Shown here in pieces: positions 1 through 9,351 of a stretch of 64,000 nt of DNA (the first letter of the stretch is position 1; every line of letters starts with the position of its first letter). The translations under genes and the position numbers were made by a program. The notes below the pieces were generated by a model. It saw only the letters and a list, made by a program, of their open reading frames with translations, did not search any database and was not told where the DNA came from. This stretch comes from Patescibacteria group bacterium (lineage in GTDB: Bacteria > Patescibacteriota > Kazan-3B-28), in assembly GCA_041649135.1 (NCBI GenBank), contig JBAZNQ010000001.1, forward strand, positions 361,983 through 425,982, written 5' to 3'.

Positions 1-2346
1 TTCACGTATTGTAGAATCCTTATGAACTATTTCCGGCTCACGACCACCCAACAATTGCTTCACTTGTCCGACCACCTCCGGACGCTGTCTAAACAATCGC
101 AACATATCAATCGCTCCCAGTTCTTCCCATCGTTTCCATAATTCAGCATCAAATTCCGTACCAACATTCTGGCGCATCGCTTCCATCGCTTCGGAGTACG
201 TCAGCCCATTCGCTCGATAGGCAGTCTCGGATCGTAATGCAGTATATTTGTAAGCAATCGAAACAATTCTTCCGATATCCGACGGCTTCCCATCGGGTTG
301 AGTCGCTACACCATATCCATCTTCTCCGTTAGCCCACAAATTAGCTTCTAGCGCCCCAATGTCAGCCCCCTTAAAATGTTCTCTCCCATCACCTGTCAAA
401 AATCCATCCAGCACCGCTCGGCCTTTTTTGGGCAGGGTTGTAATCTCTTTATAGTCAGTTACCCCCAATACACCCTGTCGACCAATTATTTCGGCATCCA
501 TTTTTGTTATCCCTAGGTCACAAAACATCGCCGCCAACGCCACTTGTCGTAAAAACTCTACCCGCTCTGCTTCATCCGTGATCCCTTGGTGATCCAACTC
601 TCTTTGGGCCAGCATCAGCGCATAACGAATAATATTTTCGGTTCTGTCTTGCCCGCCGATCGTCTCTGCTTTGCCACCGCAAGCTTCATACCGCGCGTCA
701 ACGCTTTTCAATAGCAAGAACAATGCGTCAACATATAGATCACGCCCTTTGGCAGTATGAGTTTCTAATTCTTGATTTTCACGCCTCAACTCTTCCAGTC
801 TCTCCCCTAAGTTGAGTCTGTCGCTCTCTACCATCAATCGCAGTAAATCCTGTGGGTCAAAAATTTTCCGACCCCGTCCTTGCTGCGGCAAAAGTAATTC
901 TCTTAAATGTTTCTTATTTGCCGCCAATGATGTCTGATTTCGTTCTGCTGAATATTCAAAATCTTGAGCAAATTTTTCATGAATATCCCGTTCTTTCGTC
1001 TCCATATGAAAATATGATTCTGCAGTCAATTTACGACTTTCATACAGATCGACTAGATACGCCACCACGAGCGGGTCGAATTCACTCCCAGCTTGCTGTT
1101 CCAACATCGCCACTACTTTCGCCATCGTCCAACCATTCTTGTACGGCCGGAAATCAAGCAGAGCGTCAACCACATCTGCAGCTTGTAATGCTCTGGCAAT
1201 TGGTGAAATCTCTGCCCCCTTCAGACCCCACGGTTCACGATCGCCACGTTTCTTACCGGCATCAAATTTATGTCCGTGCCCATAACCCTTGCCATCAGGG
1301 TTTTCGTGATGAAATGTCCCCTTGGTGATCCATGGACAATACTTGTCCAAGACCAGTAACAATTCATAGCCGCCACTAGCATGTTTGGTCATCGCCAAGA
1401 ATTCAGCATCGGTCAAAGCCCCGTCTTTATCCAAAATATCTTTTGGCAAGAGGATCTTGCCAACATCATGCAAATAGCCAGCCTGCACCAACCCTTGTAG
1501 ATACTCCGACGAAAATGGCCACATCGTGGTCGCCAACTCATGTGCCAATAACGTCAAACGGGTCGAGTGCCGACCGGTCCAATGGCTAGTGCCGTCGATC
1601 ACTTCCCTAATCGTCTCGACTGTTTTATCAAAAACTCCCGAGAAAACTCGACTCTGTTCCCGCAATTCAACATTTTTTTGGATCCCTTCTACTAGGCTAT
1701 AGATCTGCTCAATTTTTGCTTCTGCTTCCGGCGTCATGGCTACTTCTTGGGACGTCAATTTCCAGCCCACAAAATCCGCTACATATCTAAATTTCTCTTC
1801 TGGCGTAGTCGGTTGTTCTTCAAATACTTTCCCGCTCTCAACTCGAATACGAGTTGCCGTCAACCTCCGTTCATCTTCCGCCTCAATCCCAGCCACCAAC
1901 GAAGCTTCTGCATGCGCATCATCAGCCAAAATCTTTTCGGCGAACTTTCTGATCTGCAAAATCAGCCTGTCCACAGCTTCTCGATCTCCGACCGGAATCT
2001 CCTGCATCTGATGCGTTAGCTCTTCCTGAAGCTCGGGCGACAACCCTCTCAACCCCGCCAACATTAACTCTTGCATCAGTTGTTCCCGCTTTGGGTCAGG
2101 CACATCACCAACTGGCTCTATTTCGTCCAATCTAATCTCCGCCGCTGTCTTCTCCGAAGCATCCACCACAGCTTCCAAAGCGGCTGTATCTCCACCATCA
2201 TCAAGCACAACCGCTGCGTTCAACTCGCCCTCTGATAATTCATCAGCTGGTTTCTCAACATCTGGCACACCACCACCTCCCCGACCATGTTTGGGTGGTT
2301 CGGGTGGTATTTCCCCCTTACCTGATTTTCTCTGTTTAATCCCCAT
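1..2346 (-). CDS. Large HD-GYP domain protein (one intact and one degenerate HD-GYP-like domain); runs off the window start
   Basis: Not in the ORF track. ATG at 2346 (MGIKQRKSGKGEIPPEPPK); the segments I translated by eye are in one frame that reaches position 1. Contains HSTRLTLLAHEL...AGYLHDVGKILLPKDILDKDGALTDAEF...HHENPDGKGYG and a second copy AAMFCDLGITKMDAEII...GEDGYG. Confidence 0.8.
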   Translation of the reverse strand, partial: MGIKQRKSGKGEIPPEPPKHGRGGGGVPDVEKPADELSEGELNAAVVLDDGGDTAALEAVVDASEKTAAEIRLDEIEPVGDVPDPKREQLMQELMLAGLRGLSPELQEELTHQMQEIPVGDREAVDRLILQIRKFAEKILADDAHAEASLVAGIEAEDERRLTATRIRVESGKVFEEQPTTPEEKFRYVADFVGWKLTSQEVAMTPEAEAKIEQIYSLVEGIQKNVELREQSRVFSGVFDKTVETIREVIDGTSHWTGRHSTRLTLLAHELATTMWPFSSEYLQGLVQAGYLHDVGKILLPKDILDKDGALTDAEFLAMTKHASGGYELLLVLDKYCPWITKGTFHHENPDGKGYGHGHKFDAGKKRGDREPWGLKGAEISPIARALQAADVVDALLDFRPYKNGWTMAKVVAMLEQQAGSEFDPLVVAYLVDLYESRKLTAESYFHMETKERDIHEKFAQDFEYSAERNQTSLAANKKHLRELLLPQQGRGRKIFDPQDLLRLMVESDRLNLGERLEELRRENQELETHTAKGRDLYVDALFLLLKSVDARYEACGGKAETIGGQDRTENIIRYALMLAQRELDHQGITDEAERVEFLRQVALAAMFCDLGITKMDAEIIGRQGVLGVTDYKEITTLPKKGRAVLDGFLTGDGREHFKGADIGALEANLWANGEDGYGVATQPDGKPSDIGRIVSIAYKYTALRSETAYRANGLTYSEAMEAMRQNVGTEFDAELWKRWEELGAIDMLRLFRQRPEVVGQVKQLLGGREPEIVHKDSTIRE

Positions 2347-2560
2347 AACTTTTGATTATCCCTGATCTGTTGAAATCCCCCCAATCCCCTCTCTCATCAT
2401 TCCTTATAGCCTCCATTTTGTCTCTAATCTCTAATCTCTAACCCCAAAAACCCGCTTCCAGAGCGGCTAAATCATACCACAAACCTGAAATTTGTCAAAT
2501 GAAGAGCCCCGAGTTGCCTCGGGGCTCTTTTTCTCTGATTAGACCAGCAGTTTTTTCTGC

Positions 2561-3451
2561 CTACTCTGCCGGATCATACTGCTCATGCCCCGAACCTTGC
2601 AGCGGATCGTGCGACAATAGCAGACTGTTCAGCCGCCCTAAGTCGAATATTTGCCCGGGCTGCACAAAGCCAGGGAACCCGTGCTGTTCCACCCTCCCAA
2701 CATACTGCCCGAAGTTGGAGTTGTAATGAACTAGCCACATCTTGGCTCGGATCGGATCAGGCAAGCCCTCAAGCTGATCAAGACGGGCATGCACTCCGCT
2801 CGCCTCTGTCTCGCCGTACGTCTCACAGTCATGAATAATGACGTCAGCCCACTCATATCTGGACATCATCAAGTCCGGAGTGAACCGAGTGTCGCCACTA
2901 TACATGAACCTGACATACCGTTCTCCATCGGGCACGCCCAGGGTTGCCACCAACTGCAAACCATACGACGGTTGCCAACTGGTGCCATTCATAAAGTGCC
3001 GAGTAGGAAACAGCATCATATCAAGATTTGGGCCCAACCGCACCCACTCCTCCAACCGAACCTCGATCGGTTCGAAGAAGGTTTCCAGACTAGCCTCCTG
3101 TCCTTCCAGTGTCTGCAGCCCAGGAGCTAGTGCCATCCACAGTAGCTCCCTGAAATTCCCCGCCGGCAGATACAATTTCAGCCGGGGTTTCAAGCTAAAG
3201 TAGTTCAACAACGCCAAGCCGGCCAAGCCGCCGACATGGTCTGGATGCAAGTGAGTGATCACTATCCAAGTGATCTCTCTCCGCCTACCTTTTAGCCGGT
3301 TGATGATGTCCATCCCGCCACCGCAGTCAACCAATAGACGACCAAGCGTGCCATCAAGCTCCGGCCAGCTGACCAGCAGACAGGTCTGCCCAAGTCCTGG
3401 AGGCGCCAGCATACTGCCGGTGCCAATAAACTCTACTCTCGGGGCGTCCAT
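2561..3451 (-). CDS. MBL-fold metallo-hydrolase (RNase Z / cyclic-nucleotide phosphodiesterase-like)
   Basis: GTGS start motif, LVDCG, THLHPDHVGG, YSGDT, HD and late H motifs; strong SD AAGGAGGTG. Confidence 0.85.
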   Translation of the reverse strand: MDAPRVEFIGTGSMLAPPGLGQTCLLVSWPELDGTLGRLLVDCGGGMDIINRLKGRRREITWIVITHLHPDHVGGLAGLALLNYFSLKPRLKLYLPAGNFRELLWMALAPGLQTLEGQEASLETFFEPIEVRLEEWVRLGPNLDMMLFPTRHFMNGTSWQPSYGLQLVATLGVPDGERYVRFMYSGDTRFTPDLMMSRYEWADVIIHDCETYGETEASGVHARLDQLEGLPDPIRAKMWLVHYNSNFGQYVGRVEQHGFPGFVQPGQIFDLGRLNSLLLSHDPLQGSGHEQYDPAE

Positions 3452-3645
3452 AACACACCTCCTTTAGATGTTGGATGTGCAACTGCCCCGAGGGGGCAGA
3501 AGGGGTTCTGGATAACCCAGAACTAATCAGAGTCAAAGTGCATAAGTAAACCCGAGCCAGCGTACTCTAGCCCAATTCTCCTGTCAACCCCGTAGAGAAT
3601 TTCGAAATATCCCGACCTAAAACAAATTTTGATATTTCTCATCTC

Positions 3646-3720
3646 TGTCATTGCGATGGCTCAAGCCCGCGGCAATCTTGGGTAGAGATTGCTTCGTCGA
3701 TGACGCTCCTCGCAATGACA
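3646..3720. repeat. REP/RPE-like palindromic element (GTCATTGCGA...GCAATC...GATTGC...TCGCAATGAC); relatives at ~20028-20075, 43821-43851, 61627-61692
   Basis: Terminal inverted repeat TGTCATTGCGA/TCGCAATGACA seen directly; recurs in the window. Confidence 0.8.
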
Positions 3721-3734
3721 GGTAGCTAACTAAC

Positions 3735-3839
3735 CATCTCTCATCTCTCATCTCTCATCTCTCATCTCTCATCTCTCATCTCTCATCTCTCATCTCTCAT
3801 CTCTCATCTCTCATCTCTCATCTCTCATCTCTCATCTCT
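3735..3839. repeat. Tandem heptamer (CATCTCT)x15
   Basis: Counted directly; overlaps the stop codon of the ABC transporter gene. Confidence 0.95.
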
Positions 3840-5625
3840 ATTCCTCCAACATCGCCCCCTGCAAAGTGAACAATCGGCGATAATAGCCACTTTTCTTCAT
3901 CAGTTCTTCGTGAGTTCCCTGCTCGGTGATTTTTCCACCCTCTAACACAATTACCCGATTAGCTCTTTTTACCGTCGACAACCGATGAGCAATAATGATT
4001 GTCGTTTTGCCCTCGATCAATTTCCAGAGTGCTCCTTGGATCATTACCTCATTTTCTGAATCTAATGCACTAGTTGCTTCATCTAAAATCAAAATCGGAG
4101 CATCTTTCAACAACGCTCTCGCGATCGCTAATCGTTGTTTTTCTCCCCCCGATAATCTTACTCCGCGTTCACCGATCTTGGTCTTAAATTTATTTGGTAA
4201 CGACATCACAAACTTATATAAATTGGCTGCCTTGGTCGCATCAATAATGCTAGCCAAACTCGCCCGAGGACTACCGTATTTCAAGTTATATTGCAAAGTA
4301 TTATTTAACGCCGCCACTTCCTGCATCACCGTCCCGATATTCTGTCGCAATGAATTCTGTGTTACCCGACTGATGTCCTGACCATCAATTAGTACCCTGC
4401 CTTTGTCCGGATCATATAGTCGCAGCAGTAGCTTTGTTAGTGTTGATTTACCTACTCCCGATGGCCCGACGATCGCCACCACTTCGTGAGGAGTAATGGC
4501 CAAATTAAAGTTTTTGAATACCACTCGCTCACCCTTTTGCCGCTTGCTACTACGATACGTAAAATGAACTTTTTCGAACTTAATTGCCCCATCCTTAACT
4601 TTTAACGGTTTAGCATCCGTAGCATCATCTACTGTCGGTTTGATATCCCAAATTCTAAATAATCTCCCAATTGACACAAACCCTACCTGCAATTGATCGT
4701 AGATTTGGGTTAGCCAGCCTAACGGCCCAAACACTCGATCTAGATAGGACATAAATAGAATCAAATCACCAACCGACAGTTTCCTTTGCAACACCAAATA
4801 GCCACCATAGCCATACACCCATAGATGCGCCGACGTTGTCACCATATCTCTCACAATCCCAATCCCCCGAACTACCCGCTCCTGTCGTTTCCGAATTTCC
4901 AAACCACGGTCATATACCGAGCCCATCCTTTTAGCCTCATAATCCTGTCGACTAAATTCTTTTATCAACTGATAGTGGAACAAATTCTCCATAAAAATCT
5001 TTCCGCTCCGCTCCATCGTATTCCGATATCTTTTCTCCCAAAAACGTTTTATCTTAGCTCGCCAAATCGACAGTCCAATATAAATCGGTGCAGCGATCAT
5101 TAACCCCAACGACATTTTAAAATCGAACTTCATCAGCACAACCAACGCAACCACAAACGTAAATATGATTGGCAATATTTCAACTATCAAGTTGCGAGTA
5201 ATTCCAAACATTTCGTTTACCCCAGCACTAATCCGCTCCCGTAGTGCCCCCGGCGATGTTTTATCAAAAAAAGACACCGATAATGTTTGAAGCTTCTCAA
5301 ATGATTTTAGAGAAAAAAAATAAAAAGACTGTGAGCCAGCTATTGTCTGCATATAAGACTCTAGCGCGCTCATTAACTCATTCACAAACCACACCACCGC
5401 GAACATTCCCACTAACCACATCAACACCGCCACCGGTTCAGTCGGCTGAATTATCCGGTCAAACACCGCACTCAATTTCTGGGTAGTTAAGAAATTAACT
5501 ACCTCTCGATAAATCCACGGAGCCACCAACGACAACCCAGCCCCCGCCAATGCTAGCGCCGTGATTAACAACAAAGCCGGATACATCGGCTTCATTTCTA
5601 TTAATAATCGTTTAAGTCCCTTCAC
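3838..5625 (-). CDS. ABC transporter, fused permease/ATPase (MsbA/exporter type)
   Basis: N-terminal TM helices, Walker A GPSGVGKS, LSGGEKQR signature, ILILDEATSALD, IAHRLST. Confidence 0.95.
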   Translation of the reverse strand: MKGLKRLLIEMKPMYPALLLITALALAGAGLSLVAPWIYREVVNFLTTQKLSAVFDRIIQPTEPVAVLMWLVGMFAVVWFVNELMSALESYMQTIAGSQSFYFFSLKSFEKLQTLSVSFFDKTSPGALRERISAGVNEMFGITRNLIVEILPIIFTFVVALVVLMKFDFKMSLGLMIAAPIYIGLSIWRAKIKRFWEKRYRNTMERSGKIFMENLFHYQLIKEFSRQDYEAKRMGSVYDRGLEIRKRQERVVRGIGIVRDMVTTSAHLWVYGYGGYLVLQRKLSVGDLILFMSYLDRVFGPLGWLTQIYDQLQVGFVSIGRLFRIWDIKPTVDDATDAKPLKVKDGAIKFEKVHFTYRSSKRQKGERVVFKNFNLAITPHEVVAIVGPSGVGKSTLTKLLLRLYDPDKGRVLIDGQDISRVTQNSLRQNIGTVMQEVAALNNTLQYNLKYGSPRASLASIIDATKAANLYKFVMSLPNKFKTKIGERGVRLSGGEKQRLAIARALLKDAPILILDEATSALDSENEVMIQGALWKLIEGKTTIIIAHRLSTVKRANRVIVLEGGKITEQGTHEELMKKSGYYRRLFTLQGAMLEE

Positions 5626-5836
5626 GCTTAAATTCTACCTTCTTACACTCCCTGCGCAATTCTAGTTTTTATTTGCAGTTATGTTACGATTTAGATACTG
5701 GCGTCGTGGGGAACGCCGGTTTTTAAAATACAAAAGCGGGCGATTTGGCTTTTCAGCCTCCTCTCACCCGCTTTATCGAATAAATTCTTGCACCAGACTA
5801 AACAACCGTTCAGTCCAGTGCAGAAAAAGTACAACA

Positions 5837-6412
5837 TTACCGACACTCCACCAACCAAACTTGGTTAGGCCAAACCGAGATCATGCCCTCCAATGATAAC
5901 GCTGCATCAGTATCGTATGCGATCAGGTAGCGACCCGAAGGCCAATCCGAGGCCACAAACCACGCAACTTCCTTGTCGTCCACCTTGATATCACCCGAGT
6001 ATCGCAATGCTTCGGTGGACCAGCCGGATTCTGTATTATCAATCGCTCTCACTCGTAGTGCCCGTTTGCCAAACACTTGTGCCAGTTGACCGGCTGGGTA
6101 AAAATAAAACTCAAACGAGCCGGTGGCACTATAGGCTTCGGCACCATACTTCCGCCATGTAGCATCCGTGGTGGCTGATATATCGAGGTACATCTCGCTC
6201 TTGCCTTCGAACACCTTAGATATAGCCACTACTGGCAACGGACTTCCCCAGTCTTGATCGATGTACGCCCCGATCTTGTCAGGACCGCTAAGAGATGAGA
6301 CTGGCTGATTATCTGCTGTCACCACCAAGGCCGGCTTGTGGATATTCATCCACCAATAAGCTCCAAGGAGGATGATCAGCAACACCACGAAAACCAAGAA
6401 TTTCTTGGCCAC
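5837..6412 (-). CDS. Hypothetical membrane-anchored/secreted protein
   Basis: 191-aa ORF with N-terminal TM helix, SD GGAGGTG and upstream TTGACT promoter-like motif. Confidence 0.7.
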   Translation of the reverse strand: MAKKFLVFVVLLIILLGAYWWMNIHKPALVVTADNQPVSSLSGPDKIGAYIDQDWGSPLPVVAISKVFEGKSEMYLDISATTDATWRKYGAEAYSATGSFEFYFYPAGQLAQVFGKRALRVRAIDNTESGWSTEALRYSGDIKVDDKEVAWFVASDWPSGRYLIAYDTDAALSLEGMISVWPNQVWLVECR

Positions 6413-6545
6413 CGCACACCTCCATCAAGACTACAAGATGCCTCCACCTTATCAGAACTCTTCCATCAGTCAACCCCATCCTCATTCATGTCGTTGCGGA
6501 AGTTCCGAGACACCGAGGGACGACCAAACAGTTTCCTAAACCGTG

Positions 6546-6645
6546 ATTCACCATTCACCATTCACCATTCACTATTCACTATTCACTATTCACTATTCAC
6601 TATTCACTATTCACTATTCACTATTCACTATTCACTATTCACTAT
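6546..6645. repeat. Tandem heptamer (ATTCACC)x3 + (ATTCACT)x11
   Basis: Counted directly; overlaps the tgt stop codon. Confidence 0.95.
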
Positions 6646-7718
6646 CTCATGTACTCTCCAATGTATTCCCCCAGCCGCCCTTGGATGATCGCTTCACGCG
6701 CACCTCTGACTAATTCGTAATTATGATGCCAGTTGTGCACCATCAGCCCGCGAATCGCTTCGCGGTCTTTGGCTTTAAACTTTCGACGCAATTCCGCTCG
6801 GGAAATCCCTGACCGACAGGTCGGACACTGACAGCTCTCATCCAACACCCGCTCATCATTCTCAAATTGAGCGTTTTTGATGTCGTAATGTTTGCCGCCA
6901 CGCATCCACACCCGTCCGTGCCGACCTTCCCGCGTTGCCGCAATTCCATCAAAAGTATCCATGCCTTCACGAATTGTCATTAAGACATCAATCGGCTTAC
7001 AAATCCCCAACATATGTCTTGGTTTATTTTCCGGTAGTCGTCTGATGCAAAACTTCACCATCTTCACCATCGCCCTTCTTGGTTCATCCCATGCCAACCC
7101 GCCAATCGCTACTGCTGGAATTCCATTGCGCAATTGTCGAGTGGCGTCCCACAGACTAATCGTTCTTGCCAATTTATTTAATCCGCCCTGTACAATGTAA
7201 TACAATTTATCATCCACAATTCCGCGGGATTGTTTGTGCCAGACCATTGTCATAATCGCCGACCAAATAAATTGAAACGGATTTTTTGCCATCGTATAAA
7301 CTGTATTGTCAAGCGGCATTATCAAATCTACTCCCGCTTTATTTGCCCATTTCACCACTTCTCGAGGGGTAATGAAAGTTTTCTTACCGTTTAAATCAAA
7401 TCCAATCCCTGCAAAACTCTGCCGTAAATGTTTCCCTAGGCTTACCATCTGAAACCCACCCGAATCAGACATTACCGGACCTTGCCATTCAATTCCATCT
7501 CGCACATCACTTTTCCCTGCTTCTCGCATCCAAAATGTATTTCGAAGCAAAATCACATCTTTGGTCGAAGTGATCTCTTCGGGCTTAAATCCCCACTTCT
7601 CAAGAGCTGTTGTGAAATTCAAAGTCACACACGGTGTCTCAATCTCTCCATGCTCTGTCCGCAAAACCCCAGCCCTCGCCTGACCATCTTTGGCCGTTAT
7701 GTCAAATGACAATCCCAC
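6642..7718 (-). CDS. tgt: tRNA-guanine transglycosylase family protein (divergent)
   Basis: ARAGVLRTEHGEIETP, DSGGFQ, IVQGG, LPENKPRHMLG, Zn site CQCPTC...HN. Confidence 0.85.
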   Translation of the reverse strand: MGLSFDITAKDGQARAGVLRTEHGEIETPCVTLNFTTALEKWGFKPEEITSTKDVILLRNTFWMREAGKSDVRDGIEWQGPVMSDSGGFQMVSLGKHLRQSFAGIGFDLNGKKTFITPREVVKWANKAGVDLIMPLDNTVYTMAKNPFQFIWSAIMTMVWHKQSRGIVDDKLYYIVQGGLNKLARTISLWDATRQLRNGIPAVAIGGLAWDEPRRAMVKMVKFCIRRLPENKPRHMLGICKPIDVLMTIREGMDTFDGIAATREGRHGRVWMRGGKHYDIKNAQFENDERVLDESCQCPTCRSGISRAELRRKFKAKDREAIRGLMVHNWHHNYELVRGAREAIIQGRLGEYIGEYMR

Positions 7719-7793
7719 TTCGCTTCACCTCCTCTTAATCAAATTAGAACAAGGGCAGACTACCAAAAAATCCCCTCCCTGCCTACCCCCAAC

Positions 7794-7833
7794 TGTATTA
7801 CCTATTTGTACGATCGTACAAATAGGTAATACA
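7794..7833. repeat. Perfect 40-bp palindrome TGTATTACCTATTTGTACGATCGTACAAATAGGTAATACA (second copy at 50247-50286)
   Basis: Checked base by base. Confidence 0.9.
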
Positions 7834-7901
7834 CATCCCAAAAAGAAAACCGCCCTTTCAGGCGGCCTTCTTGATATTACTTAATCACTAGATACTGAAT
7901 A

Positions 7902-8423
7902 CTATTGAAGTTCAACCTTTGCCCCGGCTTCTTCAAGTTTCTTCTTGATCTCTTCAGCATCAGCCTTCTTCACGTTTTCTTTCACCATCTTTGGAGCTGC
8001 TTCCACCAAATCTTTGGCTTCCTTCAATCCAAGTTCTGTGACTTCGCGAACAGCCTTAATCACGTTAATCTTGTTAGCACCGGCACTAACTAAGTTAACA
8101 TTATATTCCGTCTTTTCTTCAGCTGCAGGACCAGCGGCGGCACCACCAGCGGCGGCAACGGCAACTGGAGCAGCAGAAACACCAAACTTGTCTTCCAACA
8201 CTTTGACCAGTTCAGCCAATTCGAGCACGGTCATTTCGCTGACCATATCCAAAACTTTCTTGGCGTTACCGGACAACTTGCTCGCATCGACCTTCTTTTC
8301 CTCTTTGGCTGGTTCAGCCTTCACTTCTTCCACTTTTGGCTCCTCTACAGCAGCCGCCTCAACGGTCGCTTCCGCAACTTCTGGGGTCTGCTCTTCTGGA
8401 GTCGTATTTTGTTCGTCTGCCAT
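7902..8423 (-). CDS. rplL: 50S ribosomal protein L7/L12 with acidic N-terminal extension
   Basis: [39 protein letters not shown]. Confidence 0.97.
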   Translation of the reverse strand: MADEQNTTPEEQTPEVAEATVEAAAVEEPKVEEVKAEPAKEEKKVDASKLSGNAKKVLDMVSEMTVLELAELVKVLEDKFGVSAAPVAVAAAGGAAAGPAAEEKTEYNVNLVSAGANKINVIKAVREVTELGLKEAKDLVEAAPKMVKENVKKADAEEIKKKLEEAGAKVELQ

Positions 8424-8478
8424 ATATTCTCCTTAATTATTATTTACTAATTTCTATTACACTTCACTCACTCTTCAA

Positions 8479-9003
8479 CTATTTACTCGCTACCGCCTTT
8501 ATCACGTTATAAAACGACTGTAAATTGTAATTTATTCCGTACACGAAGTTTGCAATTGGTGCGTTCATACTTCCCACAACTCTGCCCATCAACTCTTCGT
8601 AAGATGGCAACATGGCCAATTGCATGATCATATTGGCTGGCACAATTTTCCCATCAATAATTCCTAAAGCAATGTGTACTCTGTCATCACTTTTTTTGGC
8701 AAACTCATACGCTAATTTTGAAACACTCACTTCATCAGCGTTACCCCAAACCAATCCGTAACTTTTACCAGTTTTATTTAAACTCAAGTCACCGTCGATG
8801 TCCGCCTGTTTGGCCGCGATCTGCACCAAAGTTGGCTTAACCACGGTATATTTCAAACCCTTAGCTCGCGCGGCTTTGCGAAAACTATCCAAATCCACCA
8901 TCGTGAGCTTATTGAAGTCAGTCACTACACTATTAGTGCTTTGCTTCAAAGCCTGTGTCAGCTCTTCAATAACTCCCGCTTTTTGTACCTTTGTCTTTGG
9001 CAT
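8479..9003 (-). CDS. rplJ: 50S ribosomal protein L10
   Basis: MPKTKVQK, VVKPTL, LAMLPSYEEL; directly upstream of rplL. Confidence 0.92.
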   Translation of the reverse strand: MPKTKVQKAGVIEELTQALKQSTNSVVTDFNKLTMVDLDSFRKAARAKGLKYTVVKPTLVQIAAKQADIDGDLSLNKTGKSYGLVWGNADEVSVSKLAYEFAKKSDDRVHIALGIIDGKIVPANMIMQLAMLPSYEELMGRVVGSMNAPIANFVYGINYNLQSFYNVIKAVASK

Positions 9004-9160
9004 AAAAATTGATTTATAGTTTTATGGATTAATGGATAAATAGTCTATTGGTCTATAAGTCTACGTGTCTATTCGTCTACTCACAAAAACTCGTCTCCTT
9101 GTAGAGACGAATAATCTTCCCTCTAGATGCTAAATACTAGCCCCTAGATACTGATTACTC

Positions 9161-9241
9161 CTTTTCGGCAGGTCTTACCTCCTTGCCACTAGATGCTAGA
9201 TACTAGCCCCTAGCCGCTAATTCGTGCCCGCTGTCTCTAAA
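9161..9241 (-). promoter_or_regulatory. L10-leader-like autoregulatory RNA
   Basis: Minus strand GAGACAGCGGG...GTAAGACCTGCCGAAAAG upstream of rplJ resembles the L10 leader core, followed by a terminator-like hairpin at ~9085-9111. Confidence 0.55.
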
Positions 9242-9351
9242 GGACAGGGGTATCTTACAAAACTCTATTCGAACCGTCAAGCCCTTTCGTATAATAGCCA
9301 CAGGGGGCAAATTTAATCGTCCCTTAACATTCCTGTACTGGGAGGCACGCA

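Noticed and set aside
852-2019. Plus-strand ORFs in the track, and similar shadow ORFs elsewhere including 55044-56347
   Set aside because: Antisense to the HD-GYP gene, other confident genes or 16S rRNA; no motifs.
6338-6688. ORF with FTIHYSL repeats
   Set aside because: It is the translation of the heptamer array and overlaps real genes on the opposite strand.
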